Assembly (NCBI RefSeq): GCF_006345805.1
Contig: NC_043009.1
Coordinates: 58,838,001-58,902,000, forward strand
Origin: Octopus sinensis
Taxonomy: Eukaryota
Length of the DNA stretch: 64,000 bases
Direction of reading: 5' to 3'
Position numbers and translations under genes: made by a program. The stretch's first letter is position 1. Each line of letters begins with the position of its first letter. This document shows positions 51,884 through 64,000 of this stretch, piece by piece. Below the pieces are notes generated by a model. It did no database searches and was not told where the DNA came from. It worked only from the letters and a program-made list of their open reading frames with translations.

Positions 51884-51888
<5 letters not shown>
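51624..51888 (+). mobile_element. Inverted-repeat element with the taggccactgg-hairpin-ccc 3' end, in (TA)n
   Basis: Arms at 51624-51670 and 51736-51787. taggccactgg at 51830 is identical to 33321. Confidence 0.7.
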
Positions 51889-51918
<30 letters not shown>

Positions 51919-53610
51919 CGATTATTCTAGTTCTAAAATCAGCACATTTTAAAATATAATGTCGCTGCTTCGATCGAATTTTATGCAGCGCAGTTCAACT
52001 TAAGTAGTTAACGCTGTTTAGTGAACGCTGTTTAGTGAACGTGGAAGTATGCATTAACATACAATGAAATACATACAACATAATTCAGAAGTCTCTTTAG
52101 CATTTAAATTATAAGTTATATTTTATATTTTGCGGCAGTTTTGCTCGCATTTTGTTAATGTTATTGCTATGGCGGGAAGAATAGGTAAATAGAAATATAG
52201 TAATTGTTGTAACTCTTTATTGGCTGATATATATTTATCGTCATGCGAATTTAGCTTTCTTAATGAATTATACCAACGAAAACATAAGCTTAGTTAAACA
52301 ATTAGCAGCCTGATGCAAATATATCGATGATATTTCTATTACTATCTTCAATTATTTTTGAAAATTTGTTTGGAATGTATATCCAAAAGATCACCTAGTT
52401 AATAGACATGGGAACACGGTAGACGAAGTTAATTGATTAGAGGTTATGATATTTTGTCTATTTAATAGTTTAAAATATATCTTCATAGTAATTACTTATT
52501 TAATTGGTATTAATATTTATGTCATTGCTTTACACTATGACTTAATAATTATATACTTTTGTGTGCAGTCAGTTCTGCAAGAAAGAATTCTAGATTTCCG
52601 CCCCTACATTTAAAGCAGTTCTTTGGTGGGGGACAGCGATTAAATTAAGCAGTAAATATTTGCTTTCTTCGCATCGTGAGGATGCTATTTTGTTTTGAAA
52701 GGGAATATTTTCTTTACCTTTCTTTTATTTCTTTTACTCAATCTTATGTTTTAAGTGGAAATATTCATTAAGATATATTTTCTCTAATTAAGGCGTACAT
52801 TTTATAGATTCATGTCTACATTGGTTTATTCTCATGTCATATCATATTGAGGTGATTGGCGCTCGATTGTTCTAGATATGTTATTCCGCTGGTTCACATT
52901 TAGTTCGTTTTAATGGATTTTGTCTTTTACTCATGTCTTAGAAGCTGTTAGGTGGAAAAGTTCTAGAATATTTATTACTTGGTTTATTTTTGTCTACTGT
53001 ATGTTCTTACAACTCATTTATTGTTTAATAACTTCTGTATACTATATTTACTTTGTTAATTAGTTTTAATATTTAGCTGTATTAAATTAATTTCAATATT
53101 TCCAAGGGTTGCAATATCCATTTTGCTTACAATTTTCTGTTTTCTATACGTTTTTTCTTAGTTTATTACCCATAGCTATATTACATTTTATATTTGAGAT
53201 TTGCCGCTTGTATTAGTGTTTTATAACTATAAGCAGATGCAGACATAAGGAATATATTGCTCCTGCTCCTGATTCTCGTCTATTGATTTTCAGGTAGTAT
53301 TTATCCTTTGATGTTGTAGACACCGCCAGCTTGAATGGCATTGCCCGGATATCGAAACCATAATAATATCCATTAAATATTTGATGATCAGGTGCATATA
53401 TTTTGATAGGCTTGTTTATGTTTATTTCTTGTTCACTGAGAAACCTCTGTGTCGCGTATTCTCGTGGTTTCATTAAGATTCTCCTTTTTGTAGAATTAAA
53501 ATTTTCGAAGGTGTTCGTAGTTTACAGAGGTTTTGTCATCGATACGTTATACCATCCTAGGATATTGTTTGCTTATCCTCCACTGAGATTCTATTTCTGT
53601 TAAGACTAAA

Positions 53611-53930
53611 GGCGCGTGACACTGTGGTTAGTGTATTCGACTTACGATCGTAAGGTCGTGAGCTTGGTTCTCGGCGACACGTTTTATCCTTGAGCGAGAA
53701 ACTCTATTTCACGTTGTTTCAGTCCAGTCAGCTACCAAAAATGCCTAACATCTGTATTTCAAACTGCCAGCGTTGTCACATTATGTGTCACGCTGAATCT
53801 CCTTGAGAACTACGCTAAGGGTACGTGTGTTTGTGGAGTGCTTAGCTACGTGCACGTTAATTTTCCGAGCATGCTCTTCCATAGATCGGATCAGCTGGAA
53901 CCCTCATCTTCACAACCATCGCAGTGTCAG
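53611..53930 (+). mobile_element. Diverged SINE, head B + tail T4
   Basis: CORE-like ccttgagcgagaaactctatttcacgttg, followed by the T4 tail seen at 32347. Confidence 0.75.
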
Positions 53931-54008
53931 ATTTGTTTATTTCTATTAAAATTTAAACTTGCCTAGGGTGTTGATATTTTATGAAAGTTTTGTTGCATAT
54001 ACATAATC

Positions 54009-54045
<37 letters not shown>

Positions 54046-55799
54046 ATATATATTATATATATATATATTATATATATATATTTATACATACATAGACATT
54101 TATGTACGCATTATGCATGTATGTGTATTAGAAAAAAACTTTTGAAATTATGACAGAAAATAAATTGTCTTAAAATAGATCAATATATATGCAATCTTGT
54201 TCAATTGTCCGGTCATATCTGAATGAACTGTTCAGACTGCTCCTTACAGCGAGATAGATGAAAGCTTATCTTGTAATTTCTAAACCAAGCGCTTCATCGA
54301 GGTTAACAGGGACAGGGTTCGTGGCACTGTTGAGTGCAGTAGGTAGTTAGGTGCAGACATAAGAATGAGAGGCGGCATTGAGAAGTGAGAGAGAGGAAAG
54401 GAAAGGAGGGAGAACCCGTGGGAGAAGAGACAATAAATATATTCAACAGACCACAAATGGGTTTCTCTATCACCCTGAATATTGCATTCAGCATTTCTTT
54501 TCAGAATATATCAGCATTTCATTTTCAGGATGAGACTAGCTTCCCAAAACAATATGAATATAAATATAAGTAAATAAATGACATACTGTTATAGCCTTAA
54601 TGAAGTAAGCAATGCAATTTTGATATTAACGCATGAACGCTAATTTATCCATGCAATACCAATGATATAACTTCTGTTTCATGGTAATACTATTACAATA
54701 TTGCATTAATTGCAGCATAATATGATTTTAATATCACACAGATGACCTGGTAATGCTCGAGAAACGCATATTCAATAAAACTGTTTCCACCTATAATAAC
54801 GCTGATAATTACAAAAATACGATAATATACAACACAATGGTTACTCTCTGAAGTAACAATTACGTTGTCATTGTAATAGCAACTGCGATATTGCTGTGAA
54901 GCCGTCACCTTACCAATGTTTATGCCAGTGTCACTTAGACATCAAAGATCAATACTAAAAGTGCATAGAAAATTCCTATCTCTCATCAATACATATGTTC
55001 CGAATAATATTATATAATTATATTGTATTTGCAGGTCAGATTCCAATCAGTAGTCACTACTGCTGGGCGTTTTTGATTATGACAGCCATTAATATATAAA
55101 TAATGTTAATATAAATATTATCTGTTTTAATTTATAGTTTTGTTGTACTTAGAGATTTGATGATATTTTTATCAATACTTATGGACTGATGTACCAGATT
55201 GTTTCCGTATAATATCATTCTGTTGTGTCTGGGGAGAGGCATTTTCTTTTTGTGCCTTATTATGTAACACACTGACCGGTAAAATTTCCACTTTTTTCTT
55301 ATTTTTATTGTCCTAAAATTTTAACCAAATCCAAAAGCGAAATATCAACTTCTGTCTTCTACTTGTTTCAAAGTGCGTCCTCAACATGGCTGTCGTCCAC
55401 CTTGGACTGCGAGTATGCCGTGAAACCGCCTTGAAAGGTTTAATCCATAAAAATCAGCCCCAAGACTTGTTGTTTAAAGTCCGATGCTATCAGGTTGGCT
55501 CGCCTTTTTACCGAAGCACGAAGTTACAGTGATGAAAACGAACCAATGAATTATGTTTATGATTTTATCAACATATCGTATTTTGAACCAATTAGAACGG
55601 TATATTTGATATATGGTTGCTTTGAGATAGGTGATATTTTCAGGAGTGGGAGGGTCGGTTCTTTTATACAGTGTTTTGTTGAAGCACTCTAAGTTAGTAT
55701 GCTGTTAAAATAATATGCATCGCCTCTGGATATTTACTTTGCTGTTGTATAGGAACTATTCCAGTGTAATTTTAATGCTTGGAAGGTTCCTTCAAGTCC

Positions 55800-56410
55800 T
55801 TGTCTGGGAAATAAAAATGAGGATGAATGGTGAGACAAAATACATGCCCACTTAAACGATCTTGCAACCGAGACGATATCATTCATAAAACAATGTTTAT
55901 CTTCATAAACAAGCACAATTTGGCATGGCAAAAAAACACGTACAAGAAGAGGTTATATAATCACTCTTATACATTTAGATATGGTTCAGAGTATTTTGAC
56001 AAGATTGTACGAGTATATCTGGAATTTTGAATAAAGATCTATTATAGCATCAACTAGAAGTTTATTGAAGATCATAGCCTTTCAAATGATGAAATAAATG
56101 ATGTGGTGCTACTCAGTAAATATAGATGCACTCATACTCATGTATCTAACCACTCATAATCGCTATTCAAACATCAGATCAGATTAATTCGGACACAGTG
56201 AAAAGTATCTAGTTCGTAAGTGGCACATACCACATTTTCCAAAATACATTCATTTAAGCACACACAGACAAGCACAAACATACACACATGATGTTTATCT
56301 CTATAAAAAGCAAAACGTGGCATGACAAGAAGTAAGTACAAGCAGAGGTTATATAATCACTCTTATACATTTAGGCATGAATCAGAGGATTTCGACAAGA
56401 TTGTAGGTAG
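55800..56410 (+). mobile_element. Penelope-like element GIY-YIG endonuclease relic with partial internal duplication
   Basis: RQNTCPLKRSCNRDDIIHK...TYKKRLYNHSYTFRY...YSIN*KFI matches CPL.g.C....iiYk...fK.R..NH..sFr...i.W.Il. About 120 bp is repeated at 56290-56410. Confidence 0.75.
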
Positions 56411-57444
56411 ATATATATGTATGTGTAAGCACCTTATAATTACTTTCTTAACTTTGTCTATATTTCTGTACTTCTTTTATTTTTCATACATTCAATATTT
56501 ACATTTATTTATTTATCTATTTACTTATTTATTGGTTTCGCGGTTTACCATGACTCTCTGTCGTTATCCAATTCCATTATTATGAATTTGAATCGGGAGC
56601 TGAGTCATAGGAAATCTTACAGTAGCTGATCACACAACCGTAGGTCCCCCCCCCCCGCCTCTATGAAAGCGTTGCAGTTACTATCTCGATAGAACTTCGT
56701 GATCCTGACCGTTGATCTTCTAGGATTATACCACCCAGCATCAATGCACTTCCGGTTGAGCACTTCCGCTTCCTCTTCATAATCCATCATGCTCTAGTCC
56801 CCCGATTTTCTGGTATCCCTGGCAGGACGGCTGAAGAGGTGTTAGGACTTGCCAAAGGGAGGTCTTCACTCCGTGAAGTATTTCCAAAATGCCCGCATAA
56901 CAGGACTGTTTTTTTTCTCTTATATAATTAAGCTCCTTTAATCTTTTAATCTTATGTATTTTCAATATATGTAGATATCATTATAGATTTTGTGATTTTA
57001 TTTTACTGTTAACAGGACATAAATCAATGCTACACTATAGGACCTATCAAACCTAAAGTAAAAAGAAATGGATTATATTTTCGAAGCTATCACTCTGGAA
57101 AACTTAGGACGAATAAAAAAAAAAATGGTGTCTAAGTACCAAAATGAAAAACCTGTTGTTTGTTTTATTTTGTAAACATATTTCTATTACCATACGAATA
57201 ATCTTAACACCGTAATCCAAACTTTTATATAGCTTTTCAATTGTTGCTGTCGATGGACTACAGACATACGGAGGTACCAGTTTGAAGGGTTTGGCTGCAC
57301 AAATTGATGTCAGTAATAAGTTCTAGGGCCTTGTACCCATTATGTCGTTCTCTTTAACCGAACCGCAAACATCGGAGACGTAAACAAACAAAGGGTGGTC
57401 AAGAAGAGGAGTGGTAGAAAACACATATAGAAAGACCTACATAG

Positions 57445-57854
57445 CTCTCTTACTCTTACTCTTTTACTAGTTTCAGTCATTTGACTGTGGCCATGCTGGA
57501 GCACTGCCTTTAATCGAGCAACTCGACCCCGGGACTTATTCTTTTGTAACCCAGTACTTATTCTATCGGTCTCTTTTGCCGAACCGCTAAGTAACGGGGA
57601 GATAGCCACACCAGCATCGGTTGTCAAGCAATGCTAGGGGTCAAACACAGACACACAAACACACACACGCATATATATATATACATATATACGACGGGCT
57701 TCTTTCAGTTTCCGTCAAACAAATCCACTCACAAGGCTTTGGTCGGCCCGAGGCTATAGTAGAAGACACTTGCCCAAGATGCCACGCAGTGGGACTGAAC
57801 CAGGAACCATGTGGTTGGTTAGCAAGCTACTTGCCACACCGCCACTCCTGCGCC
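57445..57854 (-). mobile_element. Full-length family C SINE
   Basis: Reverse complement of 20919-21348. Confidence 0.9.
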
Positions 57855-58162
57855 TATAGCTACATACATATGTATACGATGGACTTCTATACAAGACTTT
57901 GGTTCTAGCTTTAGAGTGGAAGACACCTGTTTAAGATGTCACACACAAAATCACGAGATTCCGAAGCGATTTCCCTAACTACACAATCATGTTTGCAACT
58001 ATATATACATACATGCATACACACGCCCAGACAAACATACATGCACACATGCAGTCAGACACACACACACATACACATCCATGTATGTGTTTGTATGTGT
58101 GTGGCTGTATATTTTTGTCTGCAACTCTCCTCCTACGACCTCTTGACAACCGGTATTAGGTT

Positions 58163-58391
58163 GAGCTGGTAGAAACGTTAGCGTGCCGGACGAAATGCTG
58201 AGCAGTATTTCGTCTGCCGCTACGTTCTGAGTTCAAATTCCGCCGAGGTCGACTTTGCCTTTCATCCTTTCGGGGTCGATAAATTAATTACCACTTACGC
58301 ACTGGTGTCGATGTAATCGACTTAATACCTATGTCTGTCCTTGTTTGTCCCCTCTATGTTTAGCCCCTTGTGGGTAATAAAGAAATAGGTA
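58163..58391 (+). mobile_element. Family M SINE nested in a decayed family C tail
   Basis: Consensus-like copy flanked by ggtattaggttg on both sides. Confidence 0.85.
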
Positions 58392-58643
58392 TTAGGTTGG
58401 TATATTTACTTACTCGTAACTAGCGGTTCAGCAGAAGGAACCGCTAGAATAAAATCCAGATGTTAATAGTAAATACTTCAGTTCCTTTGGTCGACTAAAA
58501 CCCATAGCATGGCTGCAGTCCAATGACTCAAGGAAAAGGTTAAAGGCAAAATCAAGTGACGGCTAATGGATTACCTCTTGGTATATATCTGGAAAATGTT
58601 CACCTCTGTCTTCGGAAAAGCCGAGCGTGGTAGGGCTCACTTA

Positions 58644-59166
58644 CTTTAAATCCTCGAGTATAATCCTATTCGCCCCACCAAATTTTAAAGGTCAAAATCC
58701 CTAGTGCGTACTATATACGAAGTTAAAAATGAAAAATATTTTCTAAGCAATGCCCGAGTCTCTATTTGCTGCCCGGCAATGTTTATTCAGACGCATTTTG
58801 TGATGTGGGGCACGAAAATGCCTTAAGCTAAGCCTGAAAGCAATGAAGTCATAAAAGAAACATCCATAACTTGCAGTAAGCAACATTTATTAAAATAAAA
58901 GTATTCAGAACACAGAATAACATGTAACAAAAACAATTTCTAAACATATTTACATTCCCATATAACAGTGAAGAACATCACCATTATTGTATTACGCATG
59001 CGCGGAAGTGTTTGTTCGACTAGGTGCTGCTGGCTTAATTACACACGAGTCAAGTTAGAGAAGGGGTGGTGTATTATACACAAGGTTTGGGTTTTTCAGA
59101 AGTACAGCCCCCCAAAAAGCCAATACGTATTATACTCAAGGACGGACTATACTCGAGGATTTACCG
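58644..59166. mobile_element. MITE, pogo/Tc2-like
   Basis: Terminal inverted repeats taaatcctcgagtataatcc and ggactatactcgaggattta, with TA on the left flank. No ORF. Confidence 0.7.
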
Positions 59167-59453
59167 CATTTGAATACTTCTCACAGACTGTACTCAAGAA
59201 AATGCATCAAGTACACCTCATAAAATAAACACAAACACACTAAAAAACACATTTGCAGAACAGGGTTTATCCATTGTTGCGAACAGTCCCTCAACTCAGA
59301 GTAGTAACAGGAAATATCCTGACAACTGTAACAAATGCTCGAATTCTACGTCGGTATTCACTCTATTACTTTTTGTTCGCGACACATAATAGAGTGGAGT
59401 GTCTCTGTATCTCTTTGATTTTGTGATTATATATATATAATCATACACACGCA

Positions 59454-59554
<101 letters not shown>

Positions 59555-59945
59555 GACGGGCTTCTTTCAGCTTCTGTCTACCAAATCCACTCACAAGGCT
59601 TTGGTCGGCCCGAGGCTATGGTAGAAGATACTTGCCCAAGATGCCACGCAGTGGGACATATATATATACATATATGAAAATACATTGAGTTTCTTGTTCT
59701 TAGAGCAGGACAAGCAATGTTTTGTCATCAGCGAACGATCCAAGTGAGTGTCAGTTAATAGGCGTATACCAAATGGCGTCCGGAAACACCGCTCTCATGT
59801 ACAGTGCAGGATGTTAAATTTCAGTCACGTTCCTGCTCAAAAAAGCTTTTGAATAGCGCAAGAAAATATTTCATCGCAAAATGTCCTTTTATTTCCATTC
59901 CCTTTTAATTGAATGGCAAACATCATAAAAAGCAACATGAGATAT

Positions 59946-60345
59946 CTTTATTTGTTTCAGTCATTTGACTGCGGCCATGCTGGAGCACCGCCTTTAGTCG
60001 AGCAAATCGACCCCGGGACTTATTCTTTATAAGCCCAGTACTTATTCTATCGGTCTCTTTTGCCGAACCGCTAAGTGACGGGGACGTAAACACACCAGCA
60101 TCGGTTGTCAAGCAATGCTAGGGGGACAAACACAGACACACAAACATATACACACACACATATATATATATATACATATATACGACAGGCTTCTTTCAGT
60201 TTCCGTCTACCAAATCCACTCACAAGGCATTGGTCGGCCCGGGGCTATAGCAGAAGACACTTGCCCAAGATGCCACGCAGTGGGACTGAACCCGGAACCA
60301 TGTGGTTGGTTAGCAAGCTACTTACCACACAGCCACTCCTGCGCC
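59946..60345 (-). mobile_element. Full-length family C SINE (partial copy also at 59552-59657)
   Basis: Reverse complement of 20919-21348. Confidence 0.92.
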
Positions 60346-60729
60346 TATATATGTTGCTTCTAATGCAACTTTGGTGAATAGCTACAAACAAATTCCCGTA
60401 GGTTCACATATTTTAACAGACGCAGCATAAGATTCTTAGACATGAAGTTTAGAATTGCAGAGACGTGATTTCTCAATAAATATCTTCATAAATCTAACAG
60501 CAAGATTATATGATGAACTCAATTTTTGGTATATCGATAACCATAAATAATGTATAAAGCATGATAATGCGTACTGTAACTATATTTCTATTTCATGACG
60601 TCTTAAGGTTGATGTATTTTGTGTTTCGTGTGGTACCGCGAGTCGCACTTACCTATCAGAGATCGTAGATAATGCAGCCCTTACCCGTCGGTGTGCACGG
60701 GTACAACCACAGTGCGCCGCTAATAATCA

Positions 60730-61150
60730 TTAATACTGATCGTTCAAGTATTCTGATGTTCCTTGGGTTGAACTTTTAGCGAGTAAATATATGATTTTTA
60801 ATAGCTTTTCCAATAATGTGCTGGTAATGTTTGACAGCTGTTGTGTGACTCCCCGGCGTGTTACAATTCTTGTGTAATAGTATATAACTTCCCACCTGGT
60901 TACTACATATGCAATTAAGCATTCAAGACATTTTACAGCGCAATTTCTAACCTTCATTGGAATAAATTTACTTCAACCTGTTGAACATCCTTGGCTACAG
61001 TGATCAAGGTACGAGAATGTGCTTATTATACAAATCCAACCAAGTTCTGTCGCAGCTGAGACTGGACCTGCATTTTGGTGACTACGGTAGGTTGAATTTA
61101 GGATAGGACCATTAAATCCTGCCGCTAAGAGTCTAAGGTGGAGATGTTTG
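60730..61150 (-). mobile_element. Possible decayed RTE-type LINE C-terminal region
   Basis: Weak remnants such as LNA*LHM...KLY and PAHYWKS...VQP resemble LNv.W..H.tn.eLY...AGH.wR...W.P. Confidence 0.3.
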
Positions 61151-61619
61151 TTGTCTCTATAGACACACAAATGGCTTTTTATAATAAGAACTGTACTTCC
61201 CAAACACATGATAGCAGGTTCAGTCCCACTGCATAGCACCTTTGACAACAGTCTTCTACTATAGCCGCAGCCGACAAAAATCATGTGTGTATAAGATCTT
61301 CAAAATCATATATATGAAATCTTCAAAGCAGTATGCTGGCCTGTCCGTAGTCCAATAAGTTAAAGATCGTAGTCCAATAGCTTAATATCTCCTACACGAG
61401 AGATGTCTGCACAAAGGTCGAGTAAGTTATATATTTTTTCATAGGCACAGTTAGTGTACAATATGTACCTAGTTTAGTCGGATAGTTTTTAATGTAATAT
61501 AAGCGGGAACTATTAAATGGAGTATGTTAAAGATCGGACCGGATATATCCAAAAAGACTGAAATGGTTATTGCCTCGGGAAGAGGATGCGTTTGAAGGTT
61601 TGTAAATTGTAGGATTTTA

Positions 61620-62650
61620 TGAGTAGGTGGGTTGACAAAGTTTTACTCATGTATCAAAATGCAGTTTGGCAATGTTCAGTTTTTAATCGTTTACTTAGAC
61701 TACATCTAATGACCCAACTATTGTGCTTGGTGGAGGGGGTCTTTATATTTTGTACATCACTTAATTGATACATTTTTCGATCCCAAGTCCTTTAGCCTCT
61801 AGACGAACTTTTAAAGCAAGGTAATGATGGTTCGCTTCTGTTCGTAAACGAGGCGGTGTGTTCTGTGAATCGCACCTTCAAAATGTCCTGTGTATAACCG
61901 ATGTGCGTTTTAAGTCTGCCGTCAATGTCAGAGACATGGGTTGTGTGCTCTATTACAATTTCGATTCGTCTATTGTCCAGTAGACAATAGGTAGTATATA
62001 TGAAATTGCATTAGTTTTGGGGATTCCTTTTGGTAACTGCTTTATATTGACTATCTATGTATATAGTTATACTATATTAGCCAATCGATTATATAGAACT
62101 TCCACTGTGTTCCTATTACAGATTTTGTCGTGTCTATGTATAGCAGGATCGTGAATGTAGATTCCAAAGTTAAAATGCATCTACCTATATTATGGACAAC
62201 GTTTATACTAAACAGTGGGTTAAATGATGTGATTTTTCGAACGCCACCTTTGCTAATTCTAGTGAAATTTTACTGCAACATCAAAGTCCAAGCAACTGAG
62301 ATTTGCATGTCACTGCTAAATACGAATGCGGATAAAATGCAAATAAACTGAAACATGCAAATAGATCAAAGAGCCATGGCACGCGCTCTGCTTCATCTGA
62401 CAAATTATTTGTGACATTTGTCGGACAGATTCTAGAAAAAGCTTTCGGAATAGTACAAGCAAGCGCCTTTATCTGCGTTGATATTTCATTCGTTGTAAAC
62501 CCGTTGATTTATAAAACAGTAATCTATTATATTGTCACCTTTCTTCAGCTAACAATTTCATAAAACGTCATTTGAAGAAATAATATGAAATAAATGAAAA
62601 CTTTTTCCCTCCAAAATTGTTGTACATGGCAATATCTTAAATCTGGAGCA
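61620..62650 (-). mobile_element. Decayed Penelope-like element ORF (RT thumb, linker, GIY-YIG)
   Basis: RKITSFNPLFSINVVHNIGRCIL...HDKICNRNTVEVLY..LANI...CNFIYTTYCLLDNR...KTHIGYTQDILKVRFTEHTASF matches IiWFNPPfs.nv.tnIG...hkiFNrNtvkvSY...CnC...CPl...tYiG.t...fK.Rf..H..sF. Confidence 0.85.
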
Positions 62651-63041
62651 GAAGATAAAAAATATGTAACACCTAAGAATACATATGTATTTCAAATTAA
62701 TGAACATTGTTACTTGCAAGTGTCTAGGGAGTAGTTGAGTATTAAAAATGCTAAATTTATTCTGGACAAATTCTGGATTGGACTAGACAGACATACGTGA
62801 GTGTGAGTGTTATGTATATGTATGTGATTGTATATGTGTGTGAGTGTGTGCATGTGTGTGTTTGTGTGTGCGTCTCGGAGTGCACACACTCACATGGATC
62901 CTCTGATACAGACACACAGTCATGTATCCACACAAGCACTTACATATGTATGTATACATTCATATATACATGCATGCATATATGTATACGTATACATACA
63001 TACATGCATACATGCATACATATATATATATATATATATAT

Positions 63042-63116
<75 letters not shown>

Positions 63117-63412
63117 TACATAATACTATTATACAGAGACAGGGCGCGGAAGAGGAGGACAAATGATATATATAATATATATAATATATGTATCATCAGA
63201 TATTACCAACAGGGATATTTACTGATGTGTTTACAACTTTCTCCCATAGACAATAAATATAACACAGCCCTTAAATGTTTAGTTACGAGCGATAAGCTCC
63301 GGGTTCTGAAGGTCTGAATCATCGAAATCAGATGAATACATGCATGTATATACATACATATATGCACACGCGCGCACACACACACACACGTATGCACGCA
63401 CGTATAATGTTT

Positions 63413-63444
<32 letters not shown>

Positions 63445-63599
63445 AGTGGTGTGCAAGTGTGATTAAAAATGATTCTGTATATGTGAGGTGTGAGTCATTT
63501 TTATGCTATCAAAGTCTTCAGGGCAGAACGTATATTAATGATAAACTCTGGCTATATAGGCTTCACTGATCTTTTAACCTCGCTGAACTACGTTTCCGC

Positions 63600-64000
63600 C
63601 ATCACCACCACAACCACCACCAACACCACCACCAACACCACCAACACCACCACCAACACCACCAACACCACAAACACCACCACTACCAACAACAAGAAAA
63701 ACAACAACTCCAACACCACCAACCAGGAGAACAACAACACCGTGGCCACTACCGCAACCGCCACCACCACCACTAACACGAGCAGCACCATAGCCACAAC
63801 CAACACCACCGCCACCATCACCTGAAACACTATCCATATCCCTAGCACCACCACCACCATCACTACCAACACCATCACTACCAACACCATCACTACCAAC
63901 AACAACACCAACACCATCACTACCAACAACAACACCAATACCACTACCACCACCACCAACAACAACACCAATACCACCACCACCACAACAACAACAACAA
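63600..64000. repeat. (ACC/AAC)n degenerate microsatellite
   Basis: Directly visible. Confidence 0.93.

Noticed and set aside
53213-53600. Possible additional Penelope GIY-YIG N-terminal remnant (KDK...GAIY)
   Set aside because: Only a few residues match, which is not supportable without a profile search.
54693-54930. W*GDG and Y...V.V...N motifs on the minus strand, suggestive of an upstream PKD domain exon
   Set aside because: The motifs lie in different frames with stops and are too short to separate from chance.
60105-60377. Recurrent ORF MSSNARGTNTDTQ... in several places, resembling a multigene family
   Set aside because: It is the antisense reading of the family C SINE.

Overview
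AT-rich, microsatellite-saturated eukaryotic DNA with no intact host gene. The SINE families and the density of (TA)n, (CA)n and (AAT)n tracts suggest an octopus genome; this is inference from memory of such repeats. Most of the window is transposon debris: at least three tRNA-derived SINE groups with swapped head and tail modules, non-autonomous Helitrons, one 5'-truncated CR1-type LINE with an RT ORF, decayed RTE/CR1 LINEs, two Tc1/mariner transposase relics, a pogo-like MITE and Penelope-like (GIY-YIG) relics. There are two main discoveries. (1) A set of short non-coding elements, mostly embedded in (TA)n and often folded into long inverted repeats, carry type I hammerhead ribozyme motifs. 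These include canonical cores at 33092-33170 (+), 33752-33809 (-) and 49208-49298 (-), a G3-C8 compensatory-swap core at 18023-18072 and 19430-19479, and U4C and A6U variants. Several share a 3' GG(T/A)...CCC hairpin, and in one case the inversion junction falls exactly on the predicted cleavage site. (2) A decayed polycystin-1-like (PKD1L-type) gene lies on the minus strand at about 3.7-12.4 kb, recognisable from colinear GPS, PLAT, TM and TOP-domain remnants. All calls were made by eye with no database searches.
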